DNA of 33,081 bases from Chthoniobacterales bacterium (GTDB lineage Bacteria; Verrucomicrobiota; Verrucomicrobiia; Chthoniobacterales; UBA10450): positions 1-33,081 of the forward strand of contig JBDUAH010000001.1 of NCBI GenBank assembly GCA_040004745.1. Reading direction: 5' to 3'. The position numbers and the translations under genes are program-made. The notes beneath the pieces are model-generated. The model was not told the origin of the DNA and ran no database searches. It worked only from the letters and a program-made list of their open reading frames with translations. Shown here piece after piece: positions 16,906-24,604 of this stretch. Each line of letters begins with the position of its first letter. Position 1 is the first letter of the stretch.

Positions 16906-19319
16906 GAGCGCGGCACAATCAGCGTCCGCAGCTCGAACGTGCGTCGGCCATCGCTCTCCTGCCAGCACAGATGATCGGGATCGGGTAGCATTTCCGTCAC
17001 TTCCAACTCGCCGGCCTTGACCAGCCAGCGATGGAAGATCTCGAGCGAGAGATAACTTTCGAGATCGATGAAGACTGGTTTCGTGTCTTTATCGCGACCT
17101 TCCGCGCCGCTCCGGCGCAAAGTCGCCTCCGTCGGTCGCATGTAGACGTAGCGAGGCCAATCTTTCTGGGCCCGGAGCTCCTCGATCGCCAGAACTAGAT
17201 CACGCGAGATCCCCCTGTAATCGCCGGGGGGTAATTCCTCCACCGAGACCGTCCAGGAGCGGCGTTGCACAATCACCCGTCCGCAACGCAAGCGCGGCAT
17301 GTGCGGCGAGGCCCCGAAATGGAAAGGATGAAAGCCCAACGGGATGAGCCAGGCGCGCGCGAAAGAACCGAGATATTCTTTTGATCCACAGGTGCGTAGA
17401 CCGACATCGTTCGTGAAACGATCGACAAAAACTTCCACCTCCGCAGGCCGGACGGTGCGCCAGCGCGGGTTGGCGCGTTGTGGCGCCACGAAAGTCATCA
17501 ATTCCGGCAGCGAATCCATGTAACGCACCGTGGTATGCGCGGTGAAATCGGCCGCGAAAAATCCGAAGTGAACGGCGGGCCGTTGGCCGGCCGAGCTGGC
17601 GAAAGCACGCGACAGCGCGGGTTTGTCCGGACAGCTCCAGTACAAAGCATGATGCATGAGCGCGACGGGCGGATGCAGTTCGCTTACGACCCATTGGTAA
17701 TCACCGCGGTCAATCGCGGCAAACGATTCGGCTGAGAGCTGCAAATCGGCGGACGGGTAGGTGTACTCGTCGAATTTTTCATATTCGAACTTCCGTCGGA
17801 CAAAGGCGCAATCTTCCGCCGTCAGTTCCCACTCCGGCGCTTGGGCACGGCTGCTGATCATCTCGCGAAAGGCTTGCTTCACTTCCTGGAACGCGAGGTG
17901 CGCAAACACGACCATGCCCGGTCCGGTGAGCGACAACCGGTTCGCGGCGCAGTGTTCTAGGAAAGCCGGCAACAAGACCGCGCCGTCCTGAACCGGTGCC
18001 GAGGCCAGTAGCCCGCGCAGGCCAGCCGCCACCCGCGAAGCCACATACGCGTAGGTATCGCGCCAGAGGTCAAACCACGGGGCTGCGTCGCGCGCCAAGT
18101 CGTCGGTGATTTCTTCGCTGACAACGAAACTACAGTCGCGCGCACATTCTTCCGCGATCGGGTTAGCCGCCGCGTAGAGAGAACGCTGACCGCCAGTCTG
18201 GCGCGGCCCGAGATCGTCCAAGAGATTCCGCGCGGTCGCCATGAAGGTAGTCCGGGCGGAGTTTTCGGTCGTAGCCGCAAACTGCGCCGGAAGGGCCGCG
18301 AGCTGTTGCACACGCTCTTCCCAGCGCGCTCGCACCGGGCCGGGTCGCCATTGGGCGATGTCGCGAACCAGCGTTTCAAAAGCGAGCGGGTCCAGCGCGG
18401 GCACCTCGCACTCCCAAAGCAGAACCCTTTGGTCGGCTAATTCCTCGAGCAAGGAAGCGTTCTCGCCTAACGAATGCGCGGGAGTTTTCCCGTCGCAACG
18501 TCCCACGAGATCCAATTGTTCCGAAGTCAGGCGCACGGGTGGTTGAGAATCCGCCGGGACGAAGTTGTCGCCTTGCAGATTTCCGTTCGGATGCAGACGA
18601 GGTGCGAATTCCATCCGCGTTTCCGAATCCAGATTCAGCGCCACCGCCAGCGAATGCGCGGCCCAGCGTTCCAAAAAAGTAAAGCGCTCGAAGACGCCAG
18701 TCCCGGCAGTGAAGGAGACGCCCGAGGCTGAGTTCTCGATCGTACCCCAAGCCGACGGTCCAAAAGCGCCGAAGGTGTCGTTTTTTCCGCAGACCCTTTG
18801 CAGGTAAAGCAGCAAATGGCGCTCGCGCTCGCGGGTGCGCGCATTCCGTGGCGGCAAAGCGGCGCTGCCATCCAGGTCCGTGAGCCGCTCACGAAATTCG
18901 CCGGCGCCGAAGACGAGGTAAGCAGGAAGCACCGCGCCGCTGGAGGACGCGAGAGCGCGGCGCGCGGCTTCCAGTTCTCGCTGCAACGTCTGCGAGAACG
19001 TCATCTCCAGCGCAGAAATTTCCTCCGCCAGCGCAAGGAAACTTGTGATTTCGGGCGGCGTGGATTCGCTAATTCCGCTAGGCGCGATTCCCGTCTTCAG
19101 CGCAGCGCGGTAAGCGCGGGAGGCGTCGCCAGAGAGACGGCTTGCTTTCGAACCCAGCAGGCGCTCAGCCTCTTCAAGCGCCGCGCCCAGGCGAGATTGG
19201 CAATCGAGAGAATCACGCGCGCGCTGCGCTGTTTCCCGCGTCGCGAGTGCCTCCAAATGATCGAAGGGCACTCCCGCCATGCGAATCAAGAAAATCGGAG
19301 CGACGCGGTAACTCGACAC
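16902..19319 (-). CDS. stand-alone LanB-type protein (lantibiotic dehydratase N-terminal / glutamylation-like domain only)
   Basis: 805 aa. The N-terminus FLIRMAGVPFDHLEAL, then RERHLLLYLQRVCGKNDTFGAFGPSAWG (compare the R..TPFGLFAG motif of LanB enzymes), and the C-proximal PRLRCGRVIVQRRSW (compare the PR...G.VVL...W motif) resemble Lant_dehydr_N. The length leaves no room for the ~300-aa elimination domain. The start is uncertain: GTG at 19319, or the ATG for MAGVPFD at 19280. Confidence 0.6.
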   Translation of the reverse strand: MSSYRVAPIFLIRMAGVPFDHLEALATRETAQRARDSLDCQSRLGAALEEAERLLGSKASRLSGDASRAYRAALKTGIAPSGISESTPPEITSFLALAEEISALEMTFSQTLQRELEAARRALASSSGAVLPAYLVFGAGEFRERLTDLDGSAALPPRNARTRERERHLLLYLQRVCGKNDTFGAFGPSAWGTIENSASGVSFTAGTGVFERFTFLERWAAHSLAVALNLDSETRMEFAPRLHPNGNLQGDNFVPADSQPPVRLTSEQLDLVGRCDGKTPAHSLGENASLLEELADQRVLLWECEVPALDPLAFETLVRDIAQWRPGPVRARWEERVQQLAALPAQFAATTENSARTTFMATARNLLDDLGPRQTGGQRSLYAAANPIAEECARDCSFVVSEEITDDLARDAAPWFDLWRDTYAYVASRVAAGLRGLLASAPVQDGAVLLPAFLEHCAANRLSLTGPGMVVFAHLAFQEVKQAFREMISSRAQAPEWELTAEDCAFVRRKFEYEKFDEYTYPSADLQLSAESFAAIDRGDYQWVVSELHPPVALMHHALYWSCPDKPALSRAFASSAGQRPAVHFGFFAADFTAHTTVRYMDSLPELMTFVAPQRANPRWRTVRPAEVEVFVDRFTNDVGLRTCGSKEYLGSFARAWLIPLGFHPFHFGASPHMPRLRCGRVIVQRRSWTVSVEELPPGDYRGISRDLVLAIEELRAQKDWPRYVYMRPTEATLRRSGAEGRDKDTKPVFIDLESYLSLEIFHRWLVKAGELEVTEMLPDPDHLCWQESDGRRTFELRTLIVPRS

Positions 19320-19446
19320 ACGGAGACAGAAACTAAACGCGCGGGAAGTGACAACCTAAAAGCCCGGCACCACGCAGCGCGACAGCGCGGCCAAGTCCCC
19401 GCTCGGCATGGACATCGCGCATACGCGACACAGATTGCGAGCGCGA

Positions 19447-20595
19447 TTAAGCTTCCGCCAACGGAAGCCGAATCGTGAAGATCGTTCCCAAATCGGGCGT
19501 GCTGTCGACCTTGATCGAACCGCGGTGATCTTCCACCACTTTCTTCGTGATGTAGAGCCCGAGACCGGTGCCGCTTCGGCCCTGCCGCGTGGTGAAATAG
19601 GGTTCGAAGATTTTTGGCATCTGCGCGGGGGTGATCCCACAGCCGGTATCCCGGATGCAGACATCCACATAGAAATCCTGCGAGGTGCATTGGACCGTGA
19701 CGGAGCCTTTGTTCTCGGCCGAAGCCTGGACGGCATTGACGATCACGTTCTGAATGGCGCGCTTAATTTGCACTGCGTCCCCCAAAACCAGTCCGCCCTC
19801 ACAGGTCTCGCTCACAATCTCCACTCCACTTTGCGTGGCGATCGACTCCACACCTTTTAAAACTTCGTGGACGATCTGGACTACATTCACCGGTCGATGC
19901 GCGGCCGCTTCCTGGCTGCCGTAGCTTTGCCACATCGTGAGCAGTTCCCGGCAAAGCCGCACATTTTGCTCGATGATGTTCAGCTCCTTGGCCGAGGTCG
20001 TGTTTTGGACGCCGCCTTCTTTTTCGGACTTCTCGAGTTTCTTCGCCAAAAGCTGCACGTAGCCCCAGACGATCGTGAGAGGATTGCCCAAGTCGTGCAC
20101 GAATTCCGCGGAGGCTTGCCCGAGAGACGCAAGCCGCTCTTTCTGCGCTAGCTCTTTCATGAGCCGAATATTTAGCTCGCGGATCTCTTCCGCCGCGCCC
20201 TCGCTGGAACGGTGCACGCGCGTGCGTTCGACATTCCGGCTGATCACCTCGCGCATCTCGACCGCGTCGAATGGCTTGCTGATGTAATCGTTCGCGCCTA
20301 AGCGGAGCGCTTCCTGCGCCGTCTCGAGCGCGCCAAAACCGGTTAACATGATGACCGCCACATGCGGGTCGATCTCGCGAATGCGACGCAGCCCATCGAT
20401 GCCATTGGTGCCAGGCATCCGGATGTCGCTCACCACCGCATCAGGTCGTTTCTCTCGCAGCAGGCGCAATCCAGCCTCCACCGTATTGGCGGTGTGCACC
20501 TGGTAATTGGGCTTCAGAAGCATCCGCAAACTTTCTCGCGGCCCCATCTCGTCATCGATCACGAGTATATGAGGAAGTTCGGGAGAGGCGGTCAT
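19447..20595 (-). CDS. hybrid response-regulator receiver / histidine kinase (REC-HisKA-HATPase)
   Basis: REC motifs: ILVIDDE, AVVSDIRMPG, IMLTG, SKPF. H-box: SAEFVHDLGNPL. N box: NVIVNAVQA. G1: IRDTGCGI. G2: GTGLGL. The start is placed at ATG 20595 (MTASPELPHILVIDDE) rather than at the ORF limit 20784, because the REC domain begins there and a sigma54-like promoter lies just upstream. Confidence 0.85.
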   Translation of the reverse strand: MTASPELPHILVIDDEMGPRESLRMLLKPNYQVHTANTVEAGLRLLREKRPDAVVSDIRMPGTNGIDGLRRIREIDPHVAVIMLTGFGALETAQEALRLGANDYISKPFDAVEMREVISRNVERTRVHRSSEGAAEEIRELNIRLMKELAQKERLASLGQASAEFVHDLGNPLTIVWGYVQLLAKKLEKSEKEGGVQNTTSAKELNIIEQNVRLCRELLTMWQSYGSQEAAAHRPVNVVQIVHEVLKGVESIATQSGVEIVSETCEGGLVLGDAVQIKRAIQNVIVNAVQASAENKGSVTVQCTSQDFYVDVCIRDTGCGITPAQMPKIFEPYFTTRQGRSGTGLGLYITKKVVEDHRGSIKVDSTPDLGTIFTIRLPLAEA

Positions 20596-20616
20596 TGGTT
20601 CGAAGTCGCAATGTAA

Positions 20617-20631
20617 GCTAGCCGCGTGCCG
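20617..20631 (-). promoter_or_regulatory. sigma54-like -24/-12 promoter candidate upstream of the REC-kinase gene
   Basis: The minus strand reads cGGCACGcggcTaGCtt against the consensus TGGCACG-N4-TTGCW. GG and GC have the canonical spacing. The GC lies 21 nt upstream of ATG 20595. Confidence 0.35.
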
Positions 20632-20837
20632 TCGAAAAATCTCATAATGTCTCGGGGAAAAACGCCCGCAGCCCCGATGCTCCACTAAAGAATCGGGCGT
20701 CGACAAGGTACAAGTTGTGAATAAGCCCGAAATATGCTGAATAAGGACCGATTTGATTATGCGTGGCCGAGCCACCACATTCACTGGAACAGTTAGAAAT
20801 CACACGCGTTCACGTACTTCCGCACGATTCCTAGAGA

Positions 20838-22082
20838 ATGCCTAAACGAAATCGAGTTGTCGTCACCGGCATGGGAATTTTGGCGCCGAACGGGACAGGG
20901 CTCGAAGCGTTTTGGGAATCGCTTCTGGCTGGGCGGAGCGGGATTGGGCCGATTACGCTTTTCGACACTACCGGGTACAACAGCCGGATCGCAGGCGAGG
21001 TGAAAAGCTTTGACCCGCTGGATTATATCGAGGCCGAACTCAAACCGAAACGGATGGCGCGACACACTCAATTTGCGTTCGCAGCCACCATGATGGCACT
21101 CCAGGATGCGGGACTGGATCTCGATGACCTCTGCCTCCCGAGTCCAACGCCCGTCGTCATGGGAGTTAGCATGAACGCAATGGATGTCGTTGAAAAAGCC
21201 TTTCATGCTGTCCAAAATATCAACCCGAACCGGGCCGCTCCGTTTACGTCCAGCGCCTCGATTCCCCAAGCGGCCGCGAACGTCATCGCGGATAGACTAG
21301 GCCACTGCGCGAACGCTGCCACCGTTTCATCGGCGTGCCCATCAGGCCTGGACGCGATCGCCGATGCCGCGGCGATGATTCGCAGAGGTGATGCCGAATT
21401 GGCAATCGCTGGTGGGACTGATGCGCCAATTACGCCACTGGTTATCGCCAGTTTCATCGCGAGTGGGCTGAGCTCTCAACGCAACGATGAACCGGAGAAA
21501 GCTAGTCGGCCGTTCGACCTCAGCCGCGATAGTGGTGTGATTTCCGAAGGAGCAGGGGTGATGGTGCTCGAGAATTTGGAGCGGGCGCAAGCTCGAGGCG
21601 CGCGAATCTATATGGAAATCGCAGGCTATGGAAAACAGCGAGACCGTGATCACTCTCGGCCTGCGTCTGGACTTGAAGACTCCATGGCTTTGGCCCTGGC
21701 CAACGCCGGCTGGACCACACACAGCGTGGATTATATCTCAGCGTACGGGCCGGGACACCCGGTCCTCGACACCGCGGAGGCCGCCGTCATCGCCCGGGTC
21801 TTCAAAGAGCGCGCACGCTGTATTCCCGTGAATTCGATCAAAGGTGTTACCGGCAACGCCTTGGCGGCCGGCGGCCCTTTCCAGTTAATCGCTTCCGCTT
21901 TGTGCATGCGGGAACAAACGATCCCACCGACCGCAAATTGTGACGAATTGGATCCATCTTGCGACTTGGATATCGTCCGGCTAAAGCCGCGTCGAGCGGT
22001 CTTGAATAACATTTTGATTAATGTCCGCGGACTTGGAGGAAGCGCGAGCACGATGCTGGTGAGCCGCGTTCAAAACGAGTGA
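20838..22082 (+). CDS. FabF/KAS-II-like beta-ketoacyl synthase with a non-canonical active site (Cys retained, both His apparently replaced)
   Basis: 414 aa. RVVVTGMGILAPNG is the KS N-terminus. The active-site Cys lies in VSSACPSGLDAI. YISAYGPGHPVLD stands where FabF has NAHGTSTP, and NSIKGVTGNALAAGG where FabF has KSMTGHLLGAAG. The stop overlaps the next gene's GTG (GTGA at 22079-22082). Confidence 0.85.
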   Translation: MPKRNRVVVTGMGILAPNGTGLEAFWESLLAGRSGIGPITLFDTTGYNSRIAGEVKSFDPLDYIEAELKPKRMARHTQFAFAATMMALQDAGLDLDDLCLPSPTPVVMGVSMNAMDVVEKAFHAVQNINPNRAAPFTSSASIPQAAANVIADRLGHCANAATVSSACPSGLDAIADAAAMIRRGDAELAIAGGTDAPITPLVIASFIASGLSSQRNDEPEKASRPFDLSRDSGVISEGAGVMVLENLERAQARGARIYMEIAGYGKQRDRDHSRPASGLEDSMALALANAGWTTHSVDYISAYGPGHPVLDTAEAAVIARVFKERARCIPVNSIKGVTGNALAAGGPFQLIASALCMREQTIPPTANCDELDPSCDLDIVRLKPRRAVLNNILINVRGLGGSASTMLVSRVQNE

Positions 22083-24604
22083 ACAATTCGGCTCTCTCCA
22101 CCCTCGCGGCGATTGTCATTCAACTCGCCTTGGCTCTGGCCGTTTTCCAGGCCAATCCACGCCGAAAATCCAATCAGTGTTTTCTCCTTCTCTCGGGGGT
22201 GATCGCGGTTTGGTTGGGAAGCTTGTTTCAAACTCTCACCACCACGAACGCTGAAGTCGGCGCCTTTTACATTAGGCACGCCTCCGCGGCCGGGGCTCTC
22301 ACCCTGGTTTTCTTCAATCTGCTCCGCCTGACCATCACCCGGCCCGCCGACCGATGGAGCAGCCTGCTGAGACAATCGTGGATTTGGCTGGTGGCAGGAT
22401 TCGCTGTGGGACTGCTCTGCCAGACCGGGCTCTTTCTGAAGACGGCCGAGTTTAGTGCGCCAGGTTCTTCCACAAATCTCACGCTTCATCCCGTCTACGG
22501 GAAAGGGCTGCTTCTCTACATTCTTTATTTTTTCGTTGCGGGGTTCGCAATTTTGTTCAGCTACCTCCGGGCCGTAAGAAACGCAACCGCGCTAGAGCGC
22601 TCTGAACTTTCTTTCATCCTGATCGGCGCGGGCGCCACGCTCGCCACGGTTGGCTTGGCGGCAATTGCTGGCTTTTTCGTCGACAGAGCCCGCTTGCTGT
22701 GGTTCGCGCCGTTTCGCATTGTCGTTTTCAGCATCGTCATTGCATTCGGCATCACGACCCAAAAGATCATGGAGGTGGGCTTCGTTCTCCGCCGGACACT
22801 GTCTTACGCCCTGCTTACAGCGTACCTCCTTGCTCTTTACACAATAGTCTGGTGGCTAGGCTACGCCGCCTTCGCGCATCTCTTGGGGAATCTGGGACAA
22901 TCCATTGCTCACGTCACGGCAGCGATCATTATCGCTTTTGCGATGGCGCCGGCACGCGGAGTATCGCAATCGCTGGCTGACCGCCTGTTCGGTGGGACGC
23001 GCAGCCTGGATTTCCGCGCCACTGTGAGCAAAGCCGCGGAAATTCTGAAATCTGTGAGCACGCTTCCAGAACTTTTGGCCCGTTTCGCCACCACGATTGG
23101 AGAGGCGGTCGGGACCGATCGCATCGTGATATTGCTCCGCGAAAGGCACATTTTCCAACAATCCTACCCGTCATCTGCCGACAGTACCGATGATCGGAGC
23201 AGACTGAGCGAAGACGATCCGCTCCTAGTCTTCTTGACCAAGGAACAACAGCCTCTCGTCTTGGAGGGCTTGTACCGCGCGCGTTCGACGCCGGAGGTCG
23301 AAGAACTGATCGCCAGGATGATCGCGTTAAAAGCCGTGGTCGTTACAGGAATTTTTTCCCGACAGCACTTAGTTGGGGTGATGGTTCTAGGTCCACGTCG
23401 CTCGCGCCGGATTTATGGCAGTGTGGAGCAAAATGCCCTGCAAATTCTATGCGGACAGCTCGCAGTCGCGATTGATAATGCACGCCTCTTCACCGAGGTC
23501 CAAAACGCCAAGCTTTACAATGAAACTCTCCTCGAAAATCTGACGAGTGGCGTGATTGCGGTCGGCGCGGACGAACGTGTCACCGTGTTCAACAACGAGG
23601 CGGGGCAAATCACCGGGCTGGATCCACGCGAGGTCATCGATCGCTCGATCGAAAATCTTCCGGACTCGATCCGTGACGGTCTGCGCGATACTTTGCATTC
23701 GGTCGAACGACGGGAGAACAACGAGATCGCGCTGCAATCTGATCAGGAGGCGGTGGTGGCCCGGGCCAGTAGTTCCGTTTTCCATGGCCAGGAAGGCGAA
23801 ATGTTGGGAGCGCTGATGGTGTTGACCGATATCACTGCCCTCAAGCGTCTCGAGCAGCAGATTCGACGGAGCGATCGATTAGCCAGCCTGGGAACGCTCT
23901 CCGCGGGTATGGCGCACGAAATCAAAAACCCGCTCGTCTCGATCAAAACCTTCGCGCAACTGCTCCCCGAGCGTTATCAGGATTCCGATTTTCGCGAGAC
24001 CTTTTCGAATTTAATCGGCCACGAGATCGACCGCATCGACTCGCTCGTGAACCAGCTCCTGCGTTTCGCGCGCCCCGCGAAGCCACTCTTGAAGCCGATG
24101 CACGTCCACGATGTCCTGGAAAAGTCGCTCATGCTCGTCGGGCACCGGCTTTACCAAAAAGAAATTAAATTATCGAGGTCGTGGAACGCCGAAGTTGATA
24201 CAATCCGCGCGGATGCGGATCAGCTCGAACAGGTCTTCCTCAATTTCTTTCTCAATGCCATGGACGCGATGAAACTCGGCGGCGAGTTAATTGTGGCGAC
24301 AGAGATTCGGTCGGCCGAGGACTGGATCGCTTCTGTCACCTCCAATGGTGATGGTGCGCGGGAAATCCTGTGCGTCACGGTACAGGATAATGGCGAAGGA
24401 ATTAAGAATGAGGACATCGCTCACGTTTTCGATCCTTTCTTCACCACGAAAGATTACGGGACGGGACTCGGGCTTTCTGTCGTCCACGGCATCATCCAGG
24501 AACATGGAGGCGAGATCGAAGTGGAGAGCGAACTCGCCAATGGCACTTCATTTCACATTTTGCTCCCCCTCGTCCGCTTTCAGGAAGAGGTGGCCGCCGC
24601 ATGA
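22079..24604 (+). CDS. membrane sensor histidine kinase (multi-TM N-terminal domain, then GAF-PAS-HisKA-HATPase)
   Basis: 841 aa. About 300 aa of repeated hydrophobic helices come first. GAF region: ...VGVMVLGPRRSRRIYGSVEQNALQILCGQLAVAIDNARLF. PAS region: LLENLTSGVIAVGADERVTVFNNEAGQITG. H-box: GMAHEIKNPLVSIKTFAQLLPERY. N box: FLNAMDAM. G boxes: VQDNGEGI and GTGLGLSV. Confidence 0.85.
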   Translation: MNNSALSTLAAIVIQLALALAVFQANPRRKSNQCFLLLSGVIAVWLGSLFQTLTTTNAEVGAFYIRHASAAGALTLVFFNLLRLTITRPADRWSSLLRQSWIWLVAGFAVGLLCQTGLFLKTAEFSAPGSSTNLTLHPVYGKGLLLYILYFFVAGFAILFSYLRAVRNATALERSELSFILIGAGATLATVGLAAIAGFFVDRARLLWFAPFRIVVFSIVIAFGITTQKIMEVGFVLRRTLSYALLTAYLLALYTIVWWLGYAAFAHLLGNLGQSIAHVTAAIIIAFAMAPARGVSQSLADRLFGGTRSLDFRATVSKAAEILKSVSTLPELLARFATTIGEAVGTDRIVILLRERHIFQQSYPSSADSTDDRSRLSEDDPLLVFLTKEQQPLVLEGLYRARSTPEVEELIARMIALKAVVVTGIFSRQHLVGVMVLGPRRSRRIYGSVEQNALQILCGQLAVAIDNARLFTEVQNAKLYNETLLENLTSGVIAVGADERVTVFNNEAGQITGLDPREVIDRSIENLPDSIRDGLRDTLHSVERRENNEIALQSDQEAVVARASSSVFHGQEGEMLGALMVLTDITALKRLEQQIRRSDRLASLGTLSAGMAHEIKNPLVSIKTFAQLLPERYQDSDFRETFSNLIGHEIDRIDSLVNQLLRFARPAKPLLKPMHVHDVLEKSLMLVGHRLYQKEIKLSRSWNAEVDTIRADADQLEQVFLNFFLNAMDAMKLGGELIVATEIRSAEDWIASVTSNGDGAREILCVTVQDNGEGIKNEDIAHVFDPFFTTKDYGTGLGLSVVHGIIQEHGGEIEVESELANGTSFHILLPLVRFQEEVAAA

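Noticed and set aside
16906-16968. N-terminal extensions offered by the ORF track for ParA (to 16968), the REC-kinase (to 20784), fba (from 26671), the receiver (from 28801) and the coiled-coil protein (from 30028).
   Set aside because: In each case the conserved domain begins at an internal ATG. The extension either overlaps the upstream gene or control region, or starts at a non-ATG codon with no ribosome-binding site. Shorter starts were used instead. These remain predictions.
19333-19422. Two tiny minus-strand ORFs in the gap between the REC-kinase and the LanB-type gene, considered as possible RiPP precursors: 29 aa MRDVHAERGLGRAVALRGAGLLGCHFPRV and 19 aa MSMPSGDLAALSRCVVPGF.
   Set aside because: Neither has a ribosome-binding site or a leader/core organisation. 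One lacks Ser/Thr entirely and the other is too short. Neither can be supported from sequence alone. Both are mentioned under the LanB finding so they can be tested.
20793-21269. 158-aa minus-strand ORF crossing the divergent control region and the start of the ketosynthase gene.
   Set aside because: It overlaps the KS N-terminus (RVVVTGMG motif on the plus strand) and has no recognisable motifs. It would leave no promoter space for either operon.
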